The notes under the pieces: generated by a model | The model's input: the letters and a program-made list of their open reading frames with translations, nothing else | What the model was told of the DNA's origin: nothing | Databases searched by the model: none | Part shown: piece after piece, positions 7,651 to 19,100 of the stretch | Layout: each line of letters starts with the position of its first letter | Numbering within the stretch: position 1 is the stretch's first letter | Assembly: GCA_964361645.1 (NCBI GenBank) | Contig: CAYIBK010000004.1 | Coordinates: 1-54,761 of the forward strand | Reading direction: 5' to 3' | Length of the DNA: 54,761 bases | From: an uncultured Gammaproteobacteria bacterium | GTDB lineage: Bacteria > Patescibacteriota > Patescibacteriia > 2-01-FULL-39-33 | Position numbers and translations under genes: made by a program

Positions 7651-7685
7651 TACATTATAAACTTTATAACTTTATAACTTTTTAC

Positions 7686-9143
7686 TTAGTAGCGAAGCTG
7701 ACGATTTAACTCCATCACAGAATTAAATTCCTCTATGGATAGGGTTGGCTTGTTCTCATTTATCCTTTCACTAATTATATCATCAATGCTCCTACCTTGT
7801 CGCATGCTCTCTTGGCCCAGTAATCTATAAAACCGATTAACTTCGCTTTTGTGCCAAGCCTCCACGCCCTCCAATTTTTTGCCGTAGGAATCTTTTTCCA
7901 AAAGTTCTATTTTTTCTTTTATTTTGGCTATGGACTGATGGGGTGTTTCGCCTAATCTTCTAAAATTTATCATGGTCATAGTGGCCAGTTCGTCTATTGG
8001 CCCCACCAACATTCCACCAACTCTCACACCGTCCACTGATTGTTTGCCAAACCTGATATTCTTAGGCAGTGGGGTGGGTTGAGCCATGGGCTGGGGCTGT
8101 GGCGCAATTACCGGTTGTTTTATGGCTATTTTTATCTCTTCTAATTTAGGGCGGGCAACTGGTGGCGGGGGTACAGATGATACCGGTGGAGCAGAGGGAA
8201 ATATTTTAGCTGCTTTTTCATAATTTATAGGTGGAACTTTCTTGGCCTGATTAAAACTTACTATTTTAGGCTTGATCATCAGATCATCACCTTGAGGTGA
8301 TTTAATAACCGGCAAACCATCTTCTTCTTCTATTTTGAGAACAGCAGATAAAACCGGTTTTTCTATTTTATGCTCTTCTACTTTTTTTAACTCTAATGGT
8401 GATTCTTGGATGATAAAATTATTTTTCTTGGCTTCTAAAGTGGTTTTTACCGCCGTAAATGGTTTTTTAACCGGAAAAGAAATATTGTTAATTGATTCTG
8501 ATTTTTTTTCTGCTTTCACTGATGAATCTATTAAAGAAAGCAATCCCTGATCCATTTTTTCTTTAACCAAACTTATAATTTTTTTAGCTTGATCATCTGA
8601 CATTTCCAAACCACCGATTTTTCGGCTTTTTTTTAAAGCTTCCATGGTTTCTATTTCATCGCGAATATCTTTTAATCTAGAAATAATGGCATTTTTCAAG
8701 CGACTTAGAATAACTTCATCGCCATTGGTGCTATAGCCCGATTCAGAAATTATCAACTGCGCCAAAGATGAATAATCGTGCACCTTAAAAGAGTCGGCAG
8801 AAGAAGATATTATTTGTTTTATTTCTTCGTCATCTTCATGAAAAAAAGAAACTGGAGCACTAGATTTTAAAGTGCTTTTATTTTCTCTAATTTTAAAATC
8901 ATTTATTAATTTAGATAATTCATTGCTAACATCGCTAATAGAGTTATTGTCTAAATTGGGAAATCTACTCTTTAAATCTGATAGGACAAAGTCACCAACT
9001 ATTAATTCTATAAAAATCAGCGCCAATTCAATATTATATTGATTTTCTAATTTATTAATAACAGATAAGAACCTTGATGATGAAAGAAAATCACGATCAT
9101 CTTTAGATAATTGATGAAATTTTTGTAAACTATTATTAGTCAT
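7686..9143 (-). CDS. hypothetical protein with Pro-rich central linker
   Basis: 485 aa. The N-terminal roughly 70 aa are paralogous to the 289-aa neighbour (LENQYNIELALIFIELIVGDF versus LEKKYQISLAPLIVYWAIGEV). Central tract is PSAPPVSSVPPPPVARP...APQPQPMAQPTPLP. Confidence 0.6.
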   Translation of the reverse strand: MTNNSLQKFHQLSKDDRDFLSSSRFLSVINKLENQYNIELALIFIELIVGDFVLSDLKSRFPNLDNNSISDVSNELSKLINDFKIRENKSTLKSSAPVSFFHEDDEEIKQIISSSADSFKVHDYSSLAQLIISESGYSTNGDEVILSRLKNAIISRLKDIRDEIETMEALKKSRKIGGLEMSDDQAKKIISLVKEKMDQGLLSLIDSSVKAEKKSESINNISFPVKKPFTAVKTTLEAKKNNFIIQESPLELKKVEEHKIEKPVLSAVLKIEEEDGLPVIKSPQGDDLMIKPKIVSFNQAKKVPPINYEKAAKIFPSAPPVSSVPPPPVARPKLEEIKIAIKQPVIAPQPQPMAQPTPLPKNIRFGKQSVDGVRVGGMLVGPIDELATMTMINFRRLGETPHQSIAKIKEKIELLEKDSYGKKLEGVEAWHKSEVNRFYRLLGQESMRQGRSIDDIISERINENKPTLSIEEFNSVMELNRQLRY

Positions 9144-9177
9144 CTTAATTTGTAGCTGTTTAATTCAATACCAATTA

Positions 9178-10047
9178 TTATTTTCCTTGAGTTTCTTCCA
9201 GTGCTTTAAGCTCCAAAGCTGTCATTTCGCTATCCCGACCACTGCCCATAGCTGATGCTCCCACATTATTATTTTTTTCATCAAGTCGAAGGGGTAAAAT
9301 TTCCCATTGTTCTGATGAGACTTCATCAAAAGTTTGAGAAAAAAACTTCAAATTACGATATAAAAGTAATAATCTGGTTACTGTTTCTTTCTCTTCGTTG
9401 GATAAATTTTTAGTATTGGCAGAATTAGTAATATATTGTGATAAATTTACAGTAGTAAAATAATCAGTGCCATTTTTAGCTATAAAATCACTAAGCCAAC
9501 TAGCCACTGTGGGTTCTGCTGATTTACCAGAAATATTTATCAAACCTGGGGTTATTTTTTCTTTATTATCATAAAGAGCTTTTTCCATTGACCCAAAAAA
9601 ATTATGGTCTTGTGATAAAATTGTAAAAATCCGGCTGTTTATGGCATTAATAATAACTGGATGATTATTTAATTCTTCTTTTAGTTGATTTTTTAATATT
9701 TCCAAGATTATCAATTTTTCCTGACTCATAGAAATATTGGTTTTAGCAGGACTAGCATCTAAGAAAATTAGTCTTTCATTAATTGGTTTGATAATTTTCT
9801 CTATTATTTCCGGCTCAATTTGGCCAGCCAATTTTTCTTCGAGTTCTAATTCTTTTTTTAGATAATCTTTGATTTGATCAACTTTAACCTCACCAATCGC
9901 CCAATAAACAATTAAGGGCGCTAAACTGATTTGATATTTTTTCTCTAAAGCAGTTATTTTTTCAGCCGCCCAATTACTATCAATAGTCAAAACTACTTCT
10001 GGAGCTAAATTTTTAAATTTTTCCAAAGCTTCTTCAAGATAAATCAT
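9178..10047 (-). CDS. hypothetical protein (shares N-terminal module with 7686-9143)
   Basis: 289-aa ORF, 14 nt from the upstream gene. No recognisable family. Confidence 0.6.
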   Translation of the reverse strand: MIYLEEALEKFKNLAPEVVLTIDSNWAAEKITALEKKYQISLAPLIVYWAIGEVKVDQIKDYLKKELELEEKLAGQIEPEIIEKIIKPINERLIFLDASPAKTNISMSQEKLIILEILKNQLKEELNNHPVIINAINSRIFTILSQDHNFFGSMEKALYDNKEKITPGLINISGKSAEPTVASWLSDFIAKNGTDYFTTVNLSQYITNSANTKNLSNEEKETVTRLLLLYRNLKFFSQTFDEVSSEQWEILPLRLDEKNNNVGASAMGSGRDSEMTALELKALEETQGK

Positions 10048-10061
10048 AGATTAACTTTTTA

Positions 10062-12575
10062 TTATTTGGTAATGACTGTTGATTCATGATCTTCCACTGT
10101 TTTGGCTAATTTATCATTCGTGGTAGATATATCATGTGTCTTTATTTTATTTAAATCAGCAATAATCTGGGAGAAATGTGATACATCACCGCCACCTTTT
10201 TTATAAGCAGCCAAACCTTGTTTTAAGCCAACTAAATTGCCTGCTTCTTCTTTTTTTATGGAGTTACCAGCTAAAATACCATTTTGTATTGTCTGGAGAG
10301 TAGAAGACATCTGCCTTAGGGCATTAACTGATTTATCAGAACCATCAGATAATGATTTGAAAAACCGTTCATGTCTAGCTGTTTGTCCACTCTCAGCATG
10401 AAAAGTAGATTTTCCAAATCCACTAATATCGGCGCCACCAGCTAAAGAGGCTATTAGCTTCTCTATATCTGCCTTTTCTTTTGTTATTTTTTTGACTGTA
10501 TCCATAGTAACCTTATTGGGGTGGTAATCGCCCCATTGTTTTTGCATCCAAGTTGGATCACCAATAGCTTGTACTCTAGTTTCATGACTTTTATCAGCCG
10601 ATTCTTTGTCTCTTTCAAATCCTTTATTTAGTCCCTCTACGCTTGTTTTGTGCAAATCCTTTAATTCAGTTGCTACTTCAGAAAAAATTTCTTTTCTAGC
10701 CGCATCAACTAATGGCTTAGAAAATATTGCTGGTGCGGTTCCGCCATTATTGGCTATAACCCTATCTTGGACTCTTTTATCTAAACCATTGCCAGTACCT
10801 GCATCAAACACATTGTGATCAATTAAGGCTCGTTGTTTTACTGTTTCAGTTTTAAGATAATCGTCTTGATCACTTACGGCCTTATCTTTACTTGTTTTCA
10901 ATTGTTCTTTATCGGCATCTCTTTTTATTTCACTATTTTCTTTTTGACCCTTTCTATTTTTTTCACCTTTGGCCACAACAGTCTTTAAAAGAGGAGAAAA
11001 AGCTGCTGCCGAAGCCGCCATAGCCGGAATCCAAGCCAACCCGCCAGTTGCTGCCCCAGCTGCTAAAGCGCCAACACCAACTGCAGCTTGTGTGGCTAAT
11101 TTCGCTCCTTGACCCAAACGACTGTTAGCAACACCACCCCAAGCCTCAACTGCTTCATCACCCATACCCAGTTTTTTAAATAGTTTTTCTCTTTTGTCGG
11201 TTTTAGCTTTAGCACGAGTTTTTAACAAATCACCACGATAAGCTCCAGCAAATTCGCCAACTTTCTTAAAACTATCAACCCTACCCAGTGGTGTTTTGGT
11301 TAAGAGAGCACCACTGACACCCAAAGCGCCCGTGCCAACTCTCTTAGCTGTTCCAATGCCCACTTTCTGGCTCAAACCAACGGTCGCACCTTTGCCCAAT
11401 TTCTGCAAAGTGCTAATACCCTTACCAGCCCACTGGGCACCGGCCACACCAGTTTTTTGGCCGGCCACCAAACTGCCAACCATTAAACCAATAATTATTA
11501 GAAAATCAATGATTCCTGCTGGTGTCTCCATTTGTGTTAAGCCCAAGCCTGGAGGCGCATCACCTGGTTTAATAGTTGGATTATTGGTTGTATCACCGGC
11601 ACCACCTGCTGTGGGAATTGTTCCTGGATCTTTATCAAAACCACTAGGACTACCAACATTCACCGAACCACTAAAAAATGAAAGATAAAGAAAAAATAAC
11701 ATTACTGGCCCAACCACTAAATATTTGGCTAATTCGCTCCACCACATACCAGCATACTGCTGGCCTTTGGGAAAAGTGGTCAGCAAAAACGCCAAAGGCG
11801 AAAGAATAACCAAAAACCACAACATTATAATCCTATAAATTAATATTATTATTATTATAGCTACTACCACCACCGCTACCACCGATAAAATCAAGGCAAA
11901 AAGCATGGTTCGTATGGCTTTAGCTGCATCGATCCCGGGAATTTCTGCTGTCCATTTAATATTAGAAACATTTAGTCTATACAATTTATCCAAGCCCAGA
12001 GCAAAAAGCAGAATATTGCCTTCGTTGCCAATTTCTTTAATTTTAGTAGCAAACCATAAAGTGAGCACTTGGGAAAAATCAATCAGAATACCAGTAAACA
12101 TTTTAGAAAAATTGATCAAAACTGCCATCACCAGCAGTTTGGGCAAAAGCTGGCGGTTATAATTGGGCACTCGCAAAATTGTGCCCACAGCAATCACCAG
12201 TAGTATAACAATAAAAAAATTATTGGCTACATCCCGGACGATGCCCCAGCCATTGATAACCACCTGCTGATCCAAAAATTTATTATAGGTTGCCACTAAA
12301 ACTAAAGTTTGGATTAAAAGGGCCACAAACCAACTAAAGAAAGTGGCGATGTAGTATAAGATCCAAGCCACTATATTGGCGATGGCGTCTGCTGTTGGTG
12401 AAGCATTGGCTGATGTTCCTTGGACTGGTATCAAATCCCCAGTAGCAGTCCTAGCTGCAGTTTTATATACCGAGGAATTTTGAGCCATAACATTATTCCC
12501 AAAACCTAAAACCACACCCAACAAAACCACTATTAGCATAACCACGCTGATTAATTTTTTCCTAGTTGGAGTCAT
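10062..12575 (-). CDS. polytopic membrane protein, VirB6/TrbL-like, with long hydrophilic C-terminal extension
   Basis: 837 aa. It has a signal/TM helix, then at least 6 hydrophobic helices (for example IVAWILYYIATFFSWFVALLIQTLVLVA, FFIVILLVIAVGTIL, LFALILSVVAVVVVAIIIIILIY), a Gly/Ala-rich region and a charged tail. The position in a VirB3/VirB4 locus supports the call. Confidence 0.5.
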   Translation of the reverse strand: MTPTRKKLISVVMLIVVLLGVVLGFGNNVMAQNSSVYKTAARTATGDLIPVQGTSANASPTADAIANIVAWILYYIATFFSWFVALLIQTLVLVATYNKFLDQQVVINGWGIVRDVANNFFIVILLVIAVGTILRVPNYNRQLLPKLLVMAVLINFSKMFTGILIDFSQVLTLWFATKIKEIGNEGNILLFALGLDKLYRLNVSNIKWTAEIPGIDAAKAIRTMLFALILSVVAVVVVAIIIIILIYRIIMLWFLVILSPLAFLLTTFPKGQQYAGMWWSELAKYLVVGPVMLFFLYLSFFSGSVNVGSPSGFDKDPGTIPTAGGAGDTTNNPTIKPGDAPPGLGLTQMETPAGIIDFLIIIGLMVGSLVAGQKTGVAGAQWAGKGISTLQKLGKGATVGLSQKVGIGTAKRVGTGALGVSGALLTKTPLGRVDSFKKVGEFAGAYRGDLLKTRAKAKTDKREKLFKKLGMGDEAVEAWGGVANSRLGQGAKLATQAAVGVGALAAGAATGGLAWIPAMAASAAAFSPLLKTVVAKGEKNRKGQKENSEIKRDADKEQLKTSKDKAVSDQDDYLKTETVKQRALIDHNVFDAGTGNGLDKRVQDRVIANNGGTAPAIFSKPLVDAARKEIFSEVATELKDLHKTSVEGLNKGFERDKESADKSHETRVQAIGDPTWMQKQWGDYHPNKVTMDTVKKITKEKADIEKLIASLAGGADISGFGKSTFHAESGQTARHERFFKSLSDGSDKSVNALRQMSSTLQTIQNGILAGNSIKKEEAGNLVGLKQGLAAYKKGGGDVSHFSQIIADLNKIKTHDISTTNDKLAKTVEDHESTVITK

Positions 12576-12616
12576 GGTTGGGAAATTAATTGAAAATATT
12601 TTTTATTATTTAAGAT

Positions 12617-13165
12617 GGGATTGCTTCACTAATTTGTCATTGCGAGCTTGTCTACCGTAGGTAGGCGAAACGAAGTGGAGCGAAGCAATCTCATTTCTAA
12701 TTCCGTGGGATTGCTTCGCAAGCTCGCAATGACTGCTGTAAATCATGGGATTGCGGAGCCTGTCCCGAGTTTACGAGGGATCTCCTCGCAATGACAACTG
12801 TAAACCGTGGGATTGCTTCGTGCCTCGCAATGACGATGAAGTAAATCGCCATAATGACCTTTGTCATTGCGAGCCTACCTGCCGGCAGGCAGGGGAGCGG
12901 AGCGGGTCCTCGCGAAGGCGGGGAAGCAATCTCGTTTCTAATTCCGTGGGATTGCTTCACTGCGTTCGCAATGACGGTGTGTTTGTCATTGCGAGGGAGC
13001 GGAGCGGACGAAGCAATCTCGTGGTGTGTATCAAATGTGATTGCTTCGTTCCTCGCAATGACAACTGTAAACCGTGGGATTGCTTCGCAAGCTCGCAATG
13101 ACTGCTGTAAATCATGGGATTGCGGAGCCTGTCCCGAGTTTACGAGGGATCTCCTCGCAATGACA
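12617..13165. repeat. array of A-type palindromic elements (three full hairpin units plus half units), with a 90-nt internal direct duplication and one B-type palindrome at 12874-12893
   Basis: Full units lie at 12636-12732, 12863-12975 and 12985-13061. The block gggattgcttcgcaagctcgcaatgactgctgtaaatcatgggattgcggagcctgtcccgagtttacgagggatctcctcgcaatgac occurs at about 12707-12794 and again at about 13075-13164. Confidence 0.9.
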
Positions 13166-13193
13166 GTGGAAATAATTGCAATGACCTATGACC

Positions 13194-16100
13194 TTAATTT
13201 TTATTAACCACTAGATTAATATAATGCGGTGAGTTCTCGTTCTCGCAATTATCTGCTGGAATAGCGCTGTCAAAAGTGCAATTGGACTTATTCCAATTAT
13301 CATAAACCTGTACGATAACTTGTATGGTACAACTATCACTATCACAGATACTTGATGGAGCACCCTTAACTTTCCAAAAATCATACAAATGGTACAGAAG
13401 GAAAGGATTTTCAATATTGGTTCTGTTTCTTAATAATACACCACTTACCTTGGAATGCTCACCATCGCCCCAGGTGACAGTATAAGCGGAAATAGGCAAT
13501 TGATCAGGATCTATTAAGGTAGTAAAAGCCAACTTAGCCAAACCAACACCGCCATTAATGGTGGGTGGCTTATTACTGGCGTTATCTTTATCGTTTATTT
13601 TTATTTTAGTTACTTTTGGCTTAACATAACAAGGATCGTTAGTGGATTCTTCTCTGGTAGCTTTATTACAAATTTCAGTTGGGATAGACAAGAAATCATT
13701 AGTATCGTCTGATGCATAATAACCGCCCCTTTCAGCATCGGGTTTAAAACAATTATTAGGAAGACCAACTAGACACAAATTCCATTTCCATTTCCACTGG
13801 CCATAACTTTGAGCAAATAATTGCTCTAAACCTGCCTTACTGTGCAATTCACCCATTCTAGCCTGATATGGCGCAACAAAAGCACCTAATCGTGGTGGTT
13901 CATAGAACAGCGGCATATTATAAAGCCCTCTTCTACTGCTCCAATTGGTGGGATTAGGACTGCCACTAAGTTGTTGAGCGTTAAGTTCGTTGGCGGCACT
14001 ACCCGAGGAGTTAAGAAGACTGCCCATGGGCGAAACTATGGCTCCAAACGGCTGGTAATCGGAAGATTGATACTTAGACCTTCCTAGTGGAGAAAAATCA
14101 TCGCCTATTGAAATTGGTATAGCATCAGGAATAGCACCGGTAATCCTAGCCCATATTTGATATATAGTTCTAGATGCTGCACCAGATATACTACCAGGAA
14201 AATCCAAAGCAGTTCCTCCGATATATTGCCCTAAAGGATTTTCTATTGAATCAAGAAACTGATTGTAATCAAATGGATCATAATAATAATATTTGCCTTC
14301 TTTTATATCAATGGGTCCAGGCGTATCTGGGCGAGCTGCTATATCATTATTAATATAGCCAGAACCCTTGGTTACTCTATTGGCATAAGCTTTGTTTTCT
14401 CCGGATGAGGTTACCACTCGAACCAGCTTGTTACAGTAATTAACTTCAAAATCACCGCTAACCAGCATAGTAATACCCACCACATCAGCATTGGCGGTTG
14501 ATTTAACAAACCAAGACACACCCAGTATATCACCGGGCAAATCAGGAATGGGATCAGAAGTACCGCCACTGGTAATACCACTAGCTTGCCTGTCTTCTAT
14601 TACCTTTAAACCCATTAGAGGGCCAAAAGCTACTTGACCTCCGCCCATACCAGAGCTATTAAATATTCCAGTGATCATTTCAATAACCTGTCCAATTGGA
14701 CCAGATGCTAATTTATAAGGAATTGGAATTGGTATACAAATACCAATTTCAGTACTCTCTATTGGAATTGCAATGCAAAATGGGATAGCCGCCCAACCTT
14801 TCCATTCCTTTTTCTTAATATCATAAGTCATTGTATGATTAACAGGAATCATAATGGAGGGAGTCCCGCCAGCCAAGCCCATACCATTGGCCTTCACTTT
14901 AATTCTATCCACATAAGGGAATCTAAATATCGGCCGATAATCATCTTTCACTCTAAAAGGCGAAAAATTCATCTGATTACCACTGTTGGTATCAAAATAA
15001 CCGGCTACCGCTTCTTGAGCTTCCGAGCTAAGTGCTAAGGCATAACCAAATTCAGTAAAGTTAACAGTAAAAGATGATTTATCAACACAATAATCCAAAG
15101 GCACCCTGTCGTTATAACCGCCAACTTCGTTTAAGACTTCTCCTTGTAATTGATCCACTGGCCACCACTGCAAACATTGCTTGGAGTTGCTAGGATCAGC
15201 CAATAAACAGTAGCCATAACTGCCATAGAACAAATTATTGCCTTGCAAATACCTACAAGAAAGGGAATCTTCAGCCGGATAAATACGGCAACTTCTGGAA
15301 ACATATTTATCAATTAAGTTATCACTATTACTAACTTGCAACACCGGCTTAAGAGAAATGTCATCAAACAAAGCCACTCCGCCCAATTTGCAGGCAGTTA
15401 ATTTATTAGTATCATTGCAACCGTCCTCATCAACAAAATTTTTCAATTTAATCTTTATTTTGTCGGTATCAGCTAAGGGTGTAAATTGATGCACTTTTTT
15501 AGTCCAAGTCAGGCCACTATCCAAAGATAAACTGCCACAAGACGAGCTATCACAAAGCGAAGCATCATCAAAAAATTTCCAAGTGCTCCAACCGCCTCCT
15601 TCGGCATGCTGGCTGTATTGAATTTGGGATTTAATCGGTACATTACCATCGGGATAATTCAAGCCGGAGGAATTAATCCAGCCAGAAAGAATATAAGGAC
15701 TGCCGGCAAAAACATCTATTTCTTCGGAAATGGCTTCGTAGAAAGAGCTTAAAGACAAATATCTGGAGCCCTCGGGACTGCTTTTTATATCGGTAATCGT
15801 GCTAAACTTATAATCATGCCAGCCGATAGCTTCTGATTTAAATTTTTCCAATATCCCTCCATTGTCGATTGACTCTGACGGACTCCAACCTAAGGGTTCA
15901 ACAGAATTAACCACTAAAGATTCAAAACTGCCATTGGTTACCGAGCCGGAATCGCCAAATTGGCTCATGGTATAAAAGGGGAAATAGCCGGCCACACCCA
16001 AACTCTTTTTACCCACCGAAGAATAACCGGTCTTATAAATATCTTTTTCACCGTAATTTTCGGTAGCTAGTGTGCCTGATTTCAAGATGAAGTTATTGCA

Positions 16101-19100
16101 AACGCCTTTATCATCCACCGAAGCGCACAAGCCCAAATCCAAACAACGATCGTTGTTGCCATAAATAGGATCAACGCTATTGGGATCATCTTTTTCATAA
16201 GTGGTGCAGTAAAGCCAGCTATAGCAAGTTCTATCTGGCTGAACTTTCAAAATAACATTGGAGTCCCCCGTATCAGGCGGAGTAGGAGTTTTGGGAGTAA
16301 GCGGTTTTTGATCCGGATCTTTCATTTGTTTTCTATAGGTGGCATCGGCATCAAAAGTAAGATAATTGGCGTTTCTTTCTAGGACCTCACTGGAAGAATA
16401 ATTCATAGATCCACGATCATTAAACAAAACACAACCGGAGTTGTAATCCACTAAACCATTACAACTTGAATAATCCACCTTATTAGATAAGGAATAATAA
16501 ACACCGGATCGAACCAATCTTAAATTTTTAACTGGTTGATCGGAGGGTAAAAACACTTTGGCCGAACAAATGTCAGATGAATTGTAAACTACATAAAGAC
16601 GGCCGCTAACAGATTTGGGCCAAGCTTTATTACCGCCGTGAATATCCAAACTTGAATCAGGAGAAACAATTAGGCCAGCACAAGAATCATCTAATTTAAT
16701 ATAAGCTTTGTCTGCCACATCTTCTACCGAAAAAGAATAAAGTGTATGAGATAATAAGCTCACCTTCTGAAATAGTTCGGATCCTCTTACTTCCCAATGA
16801 TCTGGTATGTCATTTCCATCAACATCCTGATCCAATTTAACATTTAAAATTTCGTTTTTATAAACCTCGGTTGAAGGATCAATATACTCGGTGCAACTGT
16901 TTTGATCAGTGGGGCAAAGCCCAACCCAGCTTTCATAATTAGCGATTGTGTCAATATTTGTTTGCCACTGGTAATGGTCTGCGCCTGGTGTTAGATAACT
17001 GTTAAACCAGCCCACGGGCTGTAATTTATCATCTTTAGAGCCGGTGCCAATGGTTTGCAAATAAGTAACATCACAAACTTCATTGGTGCCTTTCTGATAC
17101 CATTTGGCTTGGGTTTCGCCGACTTCGGTTCTATATTCGCAAACCCTATCTCTTGGATCCTTAAAATAAGCCACACTTCGAGGGCCAACAAATTCTTCAC
17201 ACCACATAGAACTGGATTTACATAAATCAGTAGAGTACCTGTCGGGCTGATTTTTGATATAAGAAGTGGCGTGGCCCACAACTTCGTCCTGATTATTGAT
17301 GTTGGGCAAGCCTAAAGCCGAACAACCCTTATCATCAGATTTACAACTGTATTTGGCATCATTAACCATATAAACAAAATTATCATCTGGCACCACCACT
17401 TGGGACGAATCACCAGCATTGAAAGTAGCACCGTAATAAGAGTCGGAATTATAAGTATCAATTAATTGCTCACAGCCCACAGCATCGGCTCGGCATAAAT
17501 TTTCAAACGATTTCAAAAACCAAGTCTGCTTGGATCTATCGCGGTATTCTTGGCAACCAATCATTTTTCCCGGATTAGACCTTTCTGGATTTAGGGCATC
17601 GCCTGCGCCATATGGCTCATCAATATTATTATCGCAAGAGAAGGGCGTAAACCAAGAATTTTCAATAGCATAAACGCTTTGAGGTAATTCTTTGAGTAAA
17701 ATATTATCAATATAGATTGTTTGGCCAGCTGGAATATTTATTTCTACATTCTGTTCAAAATAACCGGTGTTACTTCCCCAATTCACCATAACCGGGCCAA
17801 GATCATAACGATTCCATTCAGCGGTTATGGGAATCAGTAAATCATCATCGGTTACCACATTGGGGTGGCCCACCATAAATGAATCTTCTGGTGGCGCCTG
17901 TGAGAATCTAACTGAATCCAGATTAAAACTATCATCGCCTTTGGCCCAGAAACTAATGGAATACGATTTGTCTTTTCTAATTAAGACTGGTTTAGAAAAT
18001 TTTCTGGAATCATTGGTATTATTGGTAAGAGAATTTCCGCCCGGATGAGTAGCTTCGGTGGCCACAGTTCCGCCCTGCCAGCCCATAGCGCCTGATTCAA
18101 AATTTGATAAAAATATATTCTTAAAGCTACTGCCCTTATTACCGGTGTATTCCCGGCAACCTTTTAAATTAGTTGAGCAAGTTCCGCCCTGGCCGGGAAT
18201 AGCCATATAAATACATTCATTGAAAGAATTGAAGTAGCCTTGGTTGGCCCTACAATCTTGAGCCGCTTCGCTATTATCGTTTTGAGTTTGAGTTCTTCTA
18301 TAAGGGTGACAATTATCATCAGCATAAATCACGCGCGACAATAAACGATAATGAATGTTACCCTCGGTATCGTATAATTCGCGACAATCCGGATTGGAGT
18401 TTAAATCAGTTGCAAGACAAGCGGCATTATTAGTATCTGGATCATTACTTGGAACAGGATCGGTGCAAACATTATTGCCATTTAAATCATTGGGGTAACT
18501 TATATTGGTGCAGGGGGCAATACCCAAACCAGCAGTATCATTTGATTCTTTCAAAGTAAAAACTTTAAGCTGATAGCCGGTAGTATCACTGCCTTCCCAA
18601 GTGTAATAAGTGGCCTCATCATCATAAGCATCGGGTTTTTGGCAAGTTCTAAGCTGGGTGTAATACTCCAGGGCTTCACCGCCTCGGTCAATTTCATCCA
18701 AATTAGTAAACTCATCACAACCGGCAGCAGAGGCCGAGCAAGCTTGTATGGGAGCTTTATTGATAAATTGCTTATATTTGGCAGAAACAAAATTAGTTGG
18801 CTCTTGTTTGTAAACCTGATAACCGGCGCACTCCGAGGGGCAGACATCAGCAGAAGTAATGGTGCCAGGAACAGCTGGATCACGATTGACGGGAGTATAT
18901 AATTCGCAGTTCATTTCGCTGGCTATACAAACACTGGAATAATTAGAGCAAGCCTGATTACGCCTTAAAATAACTTGCTGAAGCTCGGCTAAATCAGTTG
19001 GCCAATCGCCACTAACTGTTAAATAACAATCGTAGTAATTTGGCGCTTTTTTAAGATAAGTCAATTGTGAAGCTGGCCTTTGTGATGGATTATAAGAAGT

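Noticed and set aside
12697-13207. Three overlapping ORFs of 117-133 aa (12697-13098 minus, 12745-13101 plus, 12854-13207 plus)
   Set aside because: They are read entirely through the palindromic A-type repeat array. Their peptides (…VIARNEAI…, …CHCEP…, …PRNDN…) are the typical translation artefacts of gtcattgcgag/cgcaatgac repeats on both strands.
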